A DNA stretch of 63,567 nt, counting the filler, from Octopus bimaculoides (taxonomy: Eukaryota), in NCBI RefSeq assembly GCF_001194135.2. It is 7 parts of 6 records of this genome, joined end to end, with 100 filler letters (N's around TTAATTAATTAA, not from the genome) between each part and the next. Parts side by side here need not be neighbours in the genome. Positions count along the whole stretch, not along the records: positions 51,552 to 58,688 come from NC_068991.1; positions 58,789 to 61,728 come from NC_068982.1; positions 61,829 to 63,567 come from NC_068992.1; 4 more parts are not named here. One strand, 5' to 3'. This document shows, one piece after another, positions 51,508 through 63,567 of this stretch. Each line of letters begins with the position of its first letter. Positions within the stretch are counted from its first letter, which is position 1. The translations under genes and the position numbers were made by a program. The notes below the pieces were generated by a model. The model worked only from the letters and a program-made list of their open reading frames with translations. It did not search any database and was not told where the DNA came from.

Positions 51508-51718
51508 NNNNNNNNNNNNNNNNNNNNNNNNNNNNNNNNNNNNNNNNNNNNTTTTTTTTTTTTTTTGCTAAATGCCAAATACGCTATATACTTGTTCTTG
51601 ATTTCAGCTTTATTATTATAACACGTGGCTAAACAAAAATGACCGTTCCCAAATATAACAATATCTCTGTCAACACACGATTTCATATCAAGAATCTTGC
51701 GAAACAAATTCTTAAACG

Positions 51719-51752
<34 letters not shown>

Positions 51753-52266
51753 TTCATACATATACACAACGTGAAATATGCACATATATATGATATGGAA
51801 AATATATATACATGAATATTCATACATTCACATGAATATGAAACCCACAGATACATACATAAATACATACGCAGACACACATACACACACTGCACACATA
51901 TGTACGTCGTGCGTGCGTGTTCACGTGCGTGTGTGCGTGCGTATGTGCGTGTTTGTGTGTGTGTGCGTTTGAATATTAGTATATGCGTTTACGTAAAAAG
52001 GGAAGAAGTTTTGTGATGAAAGCGAAAAATGAAAGAGAAAGAAAGAATAAAACGAAAGAAGGAAACAAAGGCGTGTGTGATATTTTTAGTTTTTGTCCGA
52101 AATTTCTGAAGTGTTCAGCACGTCCCTCTTAAGCAAGGTACTTAACTCCATTACAATCATGTTCTACTGGGGTAATACTTATTAAAATGACCACTTGAAG
52201 GTGTCGACTCTTTAGCACTTGGACGTGTTCAATAGGTTTCCCTACCTATTTCTGCATGTATCTGTA

Positions 52267-52344
<78 letters not shown>

Positions 52345-52632
52345 CGCGTGTGTGTGTGTGTGTTAGTGAGTAATACTTATGATGACCGGATGAATAAGGA
52401 TCCTTATGAAAACTATTTACATTTCACGACTCTTAATGCCGTTCAATGTATGTGTGTGGATGGTATATATATCCACACACACATACAAACACACACACAC
52501 ATACAGACAGACCGACAGACAAACATGTCGACTTCAGTATTTTGTTTTTATTTCTTTTGCTCTACTGTAGGGACGGGGTCAGATATACTTCTACACGTAC
52601 ACACACTCACACACACAGACACACACACATGC

Positions 52633-52693
<61 letters not shown>

Positions 52694-52782
52694 ANNNNNN
52701 NNNNATTTAATATTAAAAAATAGGTAATTAAATAAACCGAGGTGTATATTTATTTAATAAAAATAAGAAAATAGATATAAAT

Positions 52783-53007
52783 CAATTAACAATTATATTT
52801 ATTAATTGCAAAAACACATAATCTCTGACAGTTGTTTCGATTCAAATTGTAAAAATTAATTACGATAATTAAATCATTATAAAATCATTATAAAGTTGAA
52901 TCAACTTTATAATGGTTTAATTATTTTTATTAATTTTAAAGTTTGAATCGAAACAGCTGTCAGAGATTATGTCTATTTTTGTAATTAATAAATATAATTA
53001 TTAATTG
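52783..53007. repeat. About 225-bp AT-rich foldback palindrome (MITE-like)
   Basis: Centre TTATAAAGTTGA-A-TCAACTTTATAA at about 52900. The arms include CATAATCTCTGACAGTTGTTTCGATTCAAA and TTTGAATCGAAACAGCTGTCAGAGATTATG. Confidence 0.9.
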
Positions 53008-53169
53008 TTTAATGAATTCTTCGCTTCCGGCATAAATAAGCTACCGATGAAATGGCAAAATTGTGTTGATGATTTAGGTGCATACTTTGATTAAATGCAT
53101 TGCTTTTTGTTGAGATAAAGTGAAATAAATCTTCAGTTCAAAATCGAACATTTCATTCTTCAGGACCTG

Positions 53170-53670
53170 ATATTATTGGTTCAGGTTAAGTCATATTCCT
53201 GGTAGGAATTATGTGAATAGCGGGTTACTACTTGTAACCTTAGGTATCCTCAAGTCTTCCGCAGTCTTTCAAGAGCTTAGAACCCTCCTGATAATCTTTA
53301 CTGTCCCTAAGAGACAAACATTTTGTAGGAGCTCTCCCGGGCATTTTATTCCAATCTCCTTCAACCATTTGTCTATATCTTGGCTTACTGTTCCCAACGC
53401 ACCAATTATTATAAGCACGACCTTTACTGTTCTTATGCTCTAAATTCTTCCTATTTCAAATTTCAAGGGATTGTATTCTTTTTGTTTTTCGTCCTCGTTC
53501 TTTACGATCCTGGAATCAAACGGGTCGAATAGAAAGCAACTTCGCTTTTACTTATCTATAATTGTTATTTCCGGTCTAATATCTTCTTTTTGTCTGTTTG
53601 AACTTCACAAAATTTTACTCATTCCTCGGATTTATCGTTTTGTTGCCTTCTTTGGCTGAAATTAGATACG
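53170..53670 (-). mobile_element. 3' end of a Dong/R4-type non-LTR retrotransposon (restriction-like endonuclease remnant)
   Basis: The minus strand reads, with stops, IRPEITIIDK*KRSCFLFD...KNEDEKQKEYNPLKFEIGRI*SIRTVKVVLIIIGALGTV...LLGTVKIIRRVLSS*. This matches the RPD...D...K.EKY..L..EI...W....V..IVIGALG...LLGT.RI.RRVL C-terminus of R4/Dong elements, and an AAT-type tail follows. Confidence 0.85.
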
Positions 53671-55052
53671 GAGATGTTAAAAGTTAGAATTTCTGGATTA
53701 TATTATAAACTTTACCAATAAAATGGATTGGTATTCTGTCCTGGAGGAGATGTATCTCCCAGCCCCTTGGTGGAAGTCCAGCGGTGTTACCTTTTTATTT
53801 CAATTGGGAATTTATAGTGAATAACAAGCAGACATCCTGGCAATAATATCTATGATAGATTGATTTGTTATCCAAGGAGATAACGTTTGTATGTTACATA
53901 ATTTACGCCATGAAACTAAGGATATGCACTTCATTTCAAGATACTACACTGGATATGATTTAAAGGGTGTGTAAAATCGTCGCCGAAGGCCTGTGAGATA
54001 TGGAACTGGGAAAGCAATGATGGTCATCGTCACCATTGGATGAATCGAGTAAAAGAAGGAATGGGTATTTTAGAAAAGAAATGCATTTTTCATGCATCAT
54101 TTAAGGGAGTGCTGCTCCGAAATGCACCGCAGTGAATGGGAGAAGTCTGATCGGGAATATATATATTTATGGACGTGTTTATTTGTCAACAGCTGGACTC
54201 ATCAGTCACCAGAAGAGACACAAGTCTAAATATAAAATTGTCTAAGTGCACAATGTTTTTGATGGTCTTCCTTAGTCACGAGTGGACAGTCATCATTATG
54301 TATGTGTGTATGTATGTATGTATGTATGTATGTATGCATGTCTATCTGTCTGTCTGTATGTATGTATGTATGTGTGTATGTGTGTATGGATGGATGGATG
54401 TATTTTCTCTTCTGATATTAATTAACTAAATTCTTCCTCTGAAGAAGGGGCGGGTTTCTAACAAAGTTACAAAGCTCCATCGTTGGAATGTAGATTGTAA
54501 AGACATTGTCACATTCTAAACTTGAGAAAAGTCTTGCAGATTTTTACTATTCCACTTATAGATTGTATTTATTATGCGCGTGTTTAGCTAATTACTTTCT
54601 CTGAAAAACCTTAGGTTATACAGATTGTCACTTATGCATTTATTGATAATGCCAAATGCACCAATTATTATTAGCATACATATGGAGTTAGAATCTGGAT
54701 ATAGAAGCTGAAAGTTTCGAACACTTGTCCATAATTATCTTCTTTCTCTTTGATTTTCAGAGATATTCGCATCAGCAGGGAAGCTTATTTTTATAAAGAT
54801 GCATATTTTGATTTTGTTTGCCCCAAACAACCATTTCAAGCCGGTTAAGTTTGCACTTGCTAGAGGTTTTGATGGGAATGTTCCGCCAGCATCTCTTGTG
54901 CATGTACACATGTGTGCGCGCGCACGTGTGTGTAGTCCTGAAATTATTCCTGTATTGTTCTTTACCTTGGGCATTTAAATTGTTTGCACCATTCTTATTC
55001 GCTTGTTCGGGTAAAAGTATTTATATATATATATATTTGGAAACATGTGGAC

Positions 55053-55088
<36 letters not shown>

Positions 55089-55879
55089 TTATTTGTACCT
55101 ATCGAATTCTCGATCGGTGTTTGGGCGATTACATTACTCTCAGCATATATGGATACAATTTATGTGCTTTCACAGCAACAGTAGACCATTTTAGCTCTTA
55201 TTTCTAGCAATGAAGGTGTTCTAACACCCTAGTCGCATTTAGTGACATTTATAGTTTTCCTTTTCGGTAACACATTGCGCATGGCTGTCTTTATATTAAT
55301 ATTCATGTGTGTGCGTGTGTGTGTGTGTCCTTGTGTGTGCCCGTGTGGACTGTGTCCATGTATTTAAATATAAAAATACCAACACAACAACTATTTTGAA
55401 ACTTGAGAAGAGTCTGCGTCCTGCTTTTCTCATCAACTTAGTGTTAAACGGAATTGGCAAATTTCGCTCTGTGAAAACGTTAATTCCGGGTTTTGATGAG
55501 GTCCTGAAGAACTTGAGATTTGTAGTTTAATAGCACAGCGTCCATCTACATCCGTTTTTCATCTCTTCACTCAGATATTATTATCTTTAATAAGACCCCT
55601 ACCCCATCACAACAACACGTAATATTAGCATCACCTTCATCATTACCATTTTCACAATTACTCCTAATATCTCCGTGCACAACCAATATTTATTAACATC
55701 ATCACCGTCACCATTTTCAGTAACCATCATCGCCATCATTATCACAACTACCACCACTAGTGGGCTCGACCTGCTAGACATAACTGTTAAATGCATCTTA
55801 AATCAATCTATGTACAACCTTAGAAAAGAAGGGATCAACAGTGTTATAGTCGTAAATACATTTCCTATTGCATGTTTGT

Positions 55880-56028
55880 GAAAGCTGGCAGAATCGTTAG
55901 CACGCTGGACAAAATGCTTAGCGGTATTTCGTCTTCCGCTACGTTCTGAGTTCAAATTCTGCCGAGGTCGACTTTGCCTTTCATCCTTTCGGGGTCGATT
56001 AAATAAGTACCAGTTACGCACTGGTGTC
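55880..56028 (+). mobile_element. Family B tRNA-derived SINE (5' part)
   Basis: GCTGGCAGAATCGTTAGC (A-box-like) and GAGTTCAAATTC (B-box); reverse complement of the 24 kb copies. Confidence 0.85.
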
Positions 56029-56492
56029 CCATTCAAGAAGAGTGTTGTGCTCTCGGTCACGCCATCGAAACTGTATGAGTCCGAGGACTCGATGCAGTCC
56101 TTGCATTTTAGATATCCGTTTGGGTGCCTGGCACTGGTTTTGCACCGTGTGCAGGTAAAGGATGAGGAAGAGCATCCTCTACACGCATGCGTAGAACGCA
56201 CGAGGTACTGCGATGAGATCCTAATTTGGAATCGCTTCTTCTGATTAGAATGCAACAGTTATGTTACCTGTACTGGCAGATGTGTTTCTATTTGGTCCGG
56301 CTCCGAAATTCTTCGTAGATTTCCAAGAGTATTTTGTCTCTTTATGAGGTCACCATTTGAGCTTTCATTGAATATTGATATCATTTTTGGACTGGTGCTT
56401 CTTCTAAGTGTCTTAACTTGCTTGATCAGATTCAGGATCGATTGTTGGCGTCTTTGCCTTATCGTCGGAAAGTATCTTCCTTGTGCCTTTTT
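56025..56492 (-). pseudogene. Broken Cys-rich reading frame of unknown origin, cut by a SINE
   Basis: One frame is open from 56492 to about 56025 except for a single TAA at 56259-61. It contains CRGC...CTRC...CKDC. Confidence 0.35.
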
Positions 56493-56737
56493 CTATAAGT
56501 ATTTCCAATGGGCTGGTTTTCGTCCTGAGGATAAGACACATATCTCCTGTGGTGCATTTTCTGTGGTTTTTATTTAGAAGCGGATATTATACAAAGACTA
56601 AAGACTTTTTCAAGGCGTCTGATAAGAATTTCGGATTCCGAGATGACGTCTGAAAAATTTAGTTTATAAAAGAAAATTACACAAGTGAGATCGATGGAGA
56701 TCAGATGGAATTTTCCGTTGTTAATTCTGTCGTGTAG

Positions 56738-56830
<93 letters not shown>

Positions 56831-57565
56831 GCACAAACACACATACGCACACATACACACACACATACACACATACAAGTAGGTGCATAGAAACTTGTAG
56901 TTATATATATCTCTTCACTAACAGATTGACTTTCAACTCCAAAATACTTAACAATACTTAAGGTCTCAAGGTCGCAGAACATGGCCACATCATTAGATGC
57001 ATCTGTATACGTTCATATCTACATAGATATGTATTCGTGTGTATGTGCATGTGTGTGTGGAACATGTGTAAGGGGGAATAAATAATAGTTATAAATTTTC
57101 CAATTCCCAATTTGTGTGTCTGTATTCATGTATCTAAGTGCAAATGTGTATGTGTGTGTGTACTTTGAAGTTTTCCAATAATAATAACGTATATGACTTG
57201 AGATGTTTGTCTTGCCTTACCGTTTGTTGTCCTCTTTAACAATTATATATATATATTTCAAGACTATGGAAATATTTATAAAACATTTAATTTAATTTTT
57301 TCTTCAATTTAATTGTTTTTCTGTGTAATTAATATCCACCTTTGGTTTACTATTAATTGAAAAAGTCAAAAAAACAGAACCTGGTATTAACCCTTACAAA
57401 ATGTATTTCATAATAAAACCATTTTAGCNNNNNNNNNNNNNNNNNNNNNNNNNNNNNNNNNNNNNNNNNNNNNNNNNNNNNNNNNNNNNNNNNNNNNNNN
57501 NNNNNNNNNNNNNNNNNNNNNNNNNNNNNNNNNNNNNNNNNNNNNNNNNNNNNNNNNNNNNNNNN

Positions 57566-57606
<41 letters not shown>

Positions 57607-58653
57607 CATATATCGTTGGTTTTATATTAAACTATCGTATGTCTAAATTTGGCCAAATGCATTTTTTTCACTATTCATTCTTGTTTGCAATAACCAGTTC
57701 TTTTGGTCAAACTATCGTTTCTCCAGATGCTTCAGTTGCCAAGATACCAAAAATTGTCAAATTGTAGTAGAACGGTTATGCTATGGAATGGTGAAACTAT
57801 TTCTTCGTTTCCTGATAAAGCAACGTTTTTGGACTTGCGACACTTTTGCATAATAGCAACGCTATATCGAGATATATATATATAAACATAAATGTCTGTG
57901 AGTGTGTGTGTGCGCGCGCTCGTATGTATGGAAGTGCCCAGGCGGACAGGTAGACACACAAAAGGTTTTATGGCAAATGTAGAGAGTTTTCACCTGATAT
58001 ATTAGGACACGCAAGATATGAGAAGCTGTGTGACAAGCCTGCTGTGGCACTGGGCTGGTATATTAGAGATCGACTCTAAATCGCTGGTTCTCATACCTTT
58101 GGTCCCTATTCTATTTGAACCTACACTCATAGCTATTCGATGTTTAACAAATCCTGTTAGAAGTTTATAATGAAATATTAGGAATTGTATCCCCCAATTT
58201 TTTTTTTATATATATATCATCTATTCTTAAAATTTATTGAACATAAATTTTAACACAAAATCTTATAGGCACCCTGATAGAGAATAACTGCTCTAAATAG
58301 GCTGAAGGTCAAAAGATGTCTTCGGTTGTATTTGAACTCTAAACGCCGAGAGTCGGAATAAAATATCGTGATCCATTTTATCCGACAAGTTAACGTCTCT
58401 GGTCAAGTGATCGTGCGCTGTCACGGCCCACTTCTGGGTAGGTATGAGTGTCTCTGCGTGTGATTTTCACTTTGTGTGATTTTCACTTTGTGTGATTTTC
58501 ACTTTGTGTGACTTTATTTATGTGCCTGTATATATGTAAGTATATATGCGTGTGTATATGAGAGTGTGAGCGTCCTTGAACTGTCGAGAGAGCAAACAGA
58601 AGTTATATGTCGAAAAAGAGAAACACGACAGGAAGAAAGAAAAAAGATATGTA

Positions 58654-58688
<35 letters not shown>

Positions 58689-58732
58689 NNNNNNNNNNNN
58701 NNNNNNNNNNNNNNNNNNNNNNNNNNNNNNNN

Positions 58733-58744
58733 TTAATTAATTAA
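58733..58744. other. Artificial scaffold-joining linker
   Basis: 44 N + TTAATTAATTAA + 44 N. Confidence 0.97.
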
Positions 58745-58788
58745 NNNNNNNNNNNNNNNNNNNNNNNNNNNNNNNNNNNNNNNNNNNN

Positions 58789-59520
58789 TAGTAATTTTTT
58801 TTTCATAATGTTTCTTCTAATGTTGGCAAGTTTGTTACTGTCTATGTAGGGTCTTACTTCAAGGTGTTTCTGTCTCCAGTTTAAGTAGGTTTGTACAGTA
58901 TTCGATTTATTTGTGGGGAAATATATGGCATGGTAGAAGGCCGTATGAACTTCTTTATTATCTTCCCTAGACCATTTTTCATTCTTTTTCTTTTGGTTGT
59001 TTGGTGATGAGCATGGATGGCCATCTGTTGGAATATTCTGGTTGTGGGGTACTTCCAGCTCCTGTGTGTTGGGAAGATTTGAACCAGTAGCAGATTTCTC
59101 GTCTCGAATTTGGTTCATCATCCGAGTACGTGGTCCTTTATAATGCGGTCGATGACCATTCCGGTTTGTATTTTGTTTTATTAACAGTGAGGCATAACAA
59201 GCTTTGACGTTGATGCTAGGGGGCGGATCTGTCTGTTTAGGGTTAATTTTTTGAGACAACACCGTCTCGGAGCTCTCGTGACGTAGCTTCTTAAGGCTAG
59301 CAGATCTATATCGAGTACGTGGCCCTTTGTGATTCGGTCGACGACCAATCTGGTTTGTAATCTGCTTTGTTATCATTGAGGCATGACGAGCTTTGGCGTT
59401 GACATTAGGGGACGGATTTGTATGTTTAGGGTCAATTTTTTGAGACAACACCGTCACCGAGTTCTTAGCATGTAAACATTGCTCGTAGCGTAGTTTCTTA
59501 AGTCTAGCAGATCGGTATTC
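58789..59520 (-). mobile_element. 5' portion of a Dong/R4-type non-LTR retrotransposon ORF, open for more than 220 codons and truncated by the scaffold end
   Basis: KWSREDNKEVHTAFYHAI..P....TVQTYLNWRQKHLEVRPYIDSNKLANIRRNIMKKKLL resembles the N-terminal motif of Dong/R4 ORFs and is preceded by a 63-aa tandem duplication. Confidence 0.7.
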
Positions 59521-61772
59521 GTCTGTATTTTTTTTTTGTTGATAGATTTATCTCCGGGCATAGTGTATTTTTTTTTGTTTTTGTTTTTTGTGGCGTTTTA
59601 AACTTATGAATGGTTCAGTCTGTGTTTGTTCCCAAAATGAAACTAAATAAAGAAGAAAAAGAAAGAGTTTTGTTTTTGCTTCGTTTGTGATACGTGTTTT
59701 CGTATGCTTGAGTGTGTCCTGGGAATTTCACGTAGTTGTGTAAACATTAAGATGCATGTGTAGTTCTATGGGTGTCAAAACGTATATATCATTGTGTAGA
59801 CGTTCGAGTGTATGCTTAATTATTCAATATATGTACTTACTATTTTGTTCCATTTCTTTTTTATAGTTTGTAAACTTTCCGGTGTTGGTTTTGCGTGTGT
59901 GATCGCACGTGTTTCACTGAGACATCGTGCATAGGAGAACCTGTGCTTTGTATGGCAGTAAAATTTCATTTTTTTAAAATTATCTTCGTTAAAAGACCGC
60001 TTCCTTCAAATCTTCCACCGGTTCTTTTGCCTAATTCCATCGATGTTATTGGATTAGATTTGTTTTGTATAGGGAGCCCGGTGTAGCACATCCATGTTGT
60101 TATTCAGCCCGGTGCTGATCTTCTCTTCTTCTTCTTCTTCTTATTATTATTATTGTAGACTTGTGAGTCGGAGAGAAGGAATTGGAGAAGGCACTTGCTC
60201 CTAGGGTTTCAGGGAAATCTCAGACCACGGGGTTCCTTGATTATCCCTAAAGGTGTTCCTGTATCAGGAGGACCACACCTCTATCCCCCCACCTTTTTTT
60301 TAACCTTTGTATGCTATGCATATGTCTCTTCTTTTCCAGTGTACACCATGCATACTTCTTTTTCTTCATCATTTCATTATTATATGTAAACCTCCACACT
60401 TTATGTCTGTCTCTGCATTGTCCCCCTCATCCTTCGCCCTTGTGGCAAATAAATGAAATCATTTTTATCATTTGTCTTCTTTTTCTTCTTCTTCTTCTTC
60501 TTCTTCTTCTTCTTCTTCTTCTTCTTCTTCTTGTCTTTGTCTCTCTCTCTGTGTCTCTGTCTGTCTGTGTGTGTGTGTGTGTCTCTCTCTCTGTCTGTCT
60601 CTCTCTCTCTCTCTGTCTGTCTCTCTCCCTCTCTCTCTCTCTCCCTCCCTCTCCCTCTCTCCACATCCTGCTCTCTTTCTCTCTTTACTTTCTGACCCTG
60701 CTATTCTCTCTTACTTCCAAACTCCTCCCATCATCTCATTCAGTTATTGGAAATTTTCAGCTAATAGTTCACAGGACCTTCAGTATGGACTTCACTCTGT
60801 GATGGCGTCAAACATTTTTATGAATTATGTCTCATTGAAAATGGTGTATTCAAAAGAATTTTCAGAACATAATGAAATAGCAGCTATTTTCTTTTTTGTT
60901 TTTTTTTTTCTAAATTGTTTTTACTTATTAATTTAACTATTTTATTTCTTCTGTTGTGATTCGGTTTTTGAAAATGATAATGTTTTATAATGATGTTATC
61001 AACTGGCTTTTTAACATTATAGATGACCTAGCTTTCTTGATAAAAAAAAACAACAGAAAAGCTCAACATGTATTTTAACACATTCATTTAGAATTAGATG
61101 AGTTTATTACAAAAAAGGACATAATGTGGTAGTGGTGGTGGTGGTGGTGATGGTGGTGGTAGCTATAGCAATTATAGTAGTTTCTTGATAACAGTTTCTC
61201 ATTTCAGCACAAAGCCAGCAAAATTCTGAGGGAAGGTAGCCAGTCACTGCCATTGACTCCACTATTGACTGGTATCTTTTACTCATCTCAGTCATTAGAC
61301 TGCGTCCATGCTGGAACATCACCCGCAGGAATTTTAGTGAAAATAATCAACTTCAGTACTTATTATTTTATTTTCAAGCCTGGTTACTTATTCTATCAAT
61401 GTCTTTTGCTGAACTACTAAGTTATGAGGATGTAAACACCTGAACATCGGTTGGCAAGTGGTGGTGGGGGACAAACACAGACACAAAACTGCATACACAC
61501 ACCTACACACAAACATATACACACATGCACATTCACACACACATGCACACACACACACTCACACACATATATATATAATGCATAAACAGAGCCTGAAAGA
61601 TTACTTTAAGATACATGGCTTATTTTATGAATATGCCTGCTCAAGTAGCATAAAAGCATGAAACTATTAACATCTCTTTCAGTTGTGTATTTCAATTGAT
61701 ATAATGATGATGATGATGATGATGATGANNNNNNNNNNNNNNNNNNNNNNNNNNNNNNNNNNNNNNNNNNNN

Positions 61773-61784
61773 TTAATTAATTAA
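61773..61784. other. Artificial scaffold-joining linker
   Basis: 44 N + TTAATTAATTAA + 44 N. Confidence 0.97.
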
Positions 61785-63567
61785 NNNNNNNNNNNNNNNN
61801 NNNNNNNNNNNNNNNNNNNNNNNNNNNNATATATATATAACTAGCTAAACATTCTCAGGATTGGCTTTTACACTATTTCTGTCTCCTGATTTCCCCTTTC
61901 CCCTCGTAAAGTGCTAGATAATCCGTGGGTATGACAAAAAGGATAACCTTAAATGCCGGCACAATGCTTCGAATTCGAAACTATACATAAGCATAGCTTA
62001 ATGCATAACTGCCAACATGTATGTACATTTTCAGATTTTCTATATTTTATAGTACACTAGAGTGACGTTGAAGATATTAGATTCATTATAATATCATCAA
62101 AATAATAGATGAATTTTGCTCAAATAGACCCGTAAATTTGCCTATCACTTTTTTTAATACTAACAATTAGAATTTACTGTAATATAGATATTATCATGCT
62201 CCGGTGATTGTTTTGATGTGCTCCTGGTTTGCTGGATAAATGAAATCTTTGTATTACAATTCATCATTAATTATTCATGAGTAAAGTCGGAATAGTGTAG
62301 CCAGTTATAATGGTAATAATAATGGTGGTGATGGTATTGTGCATTGCTAAATAAATAAAACATAACGTTTAATTTTAGCGCTAGGATAGGAAAACTGGAG
62401 AGCAGTTACACAAATGGCTTTTCAAAAACTATTAATGGGCTAAGTGAAGCAAGCATGATAAATAATGATATAAGATGCATTTGTGCAATACGCATCAATT
62501 CTACTTGGAACGTTTACCATAAAAACGAACTGTACCAGGCTTTCCAGAATTCCTATAGAATATTGTATACCTTCTGCTAGAGTTACATCCATGTCAAACA
62601 ATAAAATTTTATAGCATTGATCCATTGTAGAGTCGGAATAACTACGCCACATTCAGATAAAAAGTGAACAGGCCAGCGAAAAAAAAGTGGGGAGTGGGGC
62701 AAAAAACAGGCAAATATACAGGCAAGATTACGAGAGAAAAATATTGGATACGTCACTATGAATGCGTCTCACAAATGATATATTCTATTTAGTTGAGTGT
62801 GTGTAATCTATGATTAGATCAGTTCACCGCTGTAGAACACTAGAAATATGGGTTTATTAAGCTGATATGTATATTTTCTCTGTGCGAATATAAAGTATTT
62901 ATTCACGTCCTTTGACACATAATATTATAATTGCAAAGAATAAAGACTGATACATCAGAACCTTTTTAATTTTCATTCTTATTTTTACAGTTAATTGTAC
63001 ACCATACTTGGTTTATATACGAGCCACGCTTGTTTATGCTGCGTAGAGAATTGGAAGTTGTATTTGTAACCAGCTATTTTCAACTATGTATCTTTATTGA
63101 AGGCTGTCGGCAAATGTGGCTCGAAATGTCGTTATACATATGTAATCGGTCAGTTGTTAAATCCGAAAGAAAAGCACACTCTAAAAATGTTTTTGAATAA
63201 TAATGTTTAAAGAAGTCTCTGGTTATACCCAGTTAGAGAGCCACCTTTGCTTTCACGTCTCTTATTGCTTCTAGCTGTATAGGCAATAAATCAGAGATGT
63301 TGGCTGGAAGTAAATAACCTACTTACTAATAGAGCAAAGAATACACGCTTAGTAAGAATAGTATTGAAGAAAAAAAAAAGAGAAAGGAAAAAGAGTGTTT
63401 TCGGAGTGAAATCCCCTATGCTGGCCATGTCTTTATTATTACCTTCATTAATAAAATGATCTGATGTGTTGCAAAAAAGATATGATACCACACATACATG
63501 AAAACAATTGTATCTTTCTGACCGTCGGACATAACGAACAACCGCATGAATTAATATATAATATATA

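Noticed and set aside
54130-54225. Minus-strand CTGATGAGTC...GAC with a plausible stem I as a second hammerhead
   Set aside because: G12 is missing (GAC is followed by AAAT), stem III does not form, and the cleavage triplet lacks the required U.
58458-58515. Three tandem copies of GTGTGATTTTCACTTT
   Set aside because: Small local slippage duplication with nothing to indicate function.
62440-62652. KILLFDMDVTL resembling HAD motif I, or a Penelope RT-like peptide on the opposite strand
   Set aside because: Both are short single-motif matches without supporting context or clear exon boundaries.

Overview
AT-rich, microsatellite- and SINE-laden animal genomic DNA; the repeat families and gene content point to an octopus/coleoid cephalopod draft assembly (inference). 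The window is not one locus. Six identical 100-bp spacers (44 N + TTAATTAATTAA + 44 N) join seven separate scaffolds: 1-20051, 20152-38020, 38121-44980, 45081-51451, 51552-58688, 58789-61728 and 61829-63567. Scaffold 1 carries an intact, coding-intronless DPH3 gene (minus strand) and the 5' two-thirds of a spliced ADAR/ADAD-like gene (plus strand). That gene has two dsRNA-binding domains and the start of a deaminase domain whose catalytic C-H-A-E motif reads S-D-A-A, so it is a predicted pseudo-deaminase. One of its introns holds a 52-bp hairpin with three A:C mismatches, and a candidate type II hammerhead ribozyme fold lies upstream at 5792-5886. Scaffold 2 is triplet-repeat and SINE DNA plus the first coding exon of a nicotinic acetylcholine receptor subunit. 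Scaffold 3 is a 33-bp satellite with polarity switches. The remaining scaffolds contain a mariner remnant, an RFX X-box, a pre-miRNA-sized hairpin next to a 37-nt microexon, an AT-rich foldback palindrome, a broken Cys-rich reading frame and pieces of Dong/R4-type non-LTR retrotransposons. Nearly all ORFs in the supplied track are artefacts of N gaps or simple repeats. All motif and family assignments were made by eye, without database searches.
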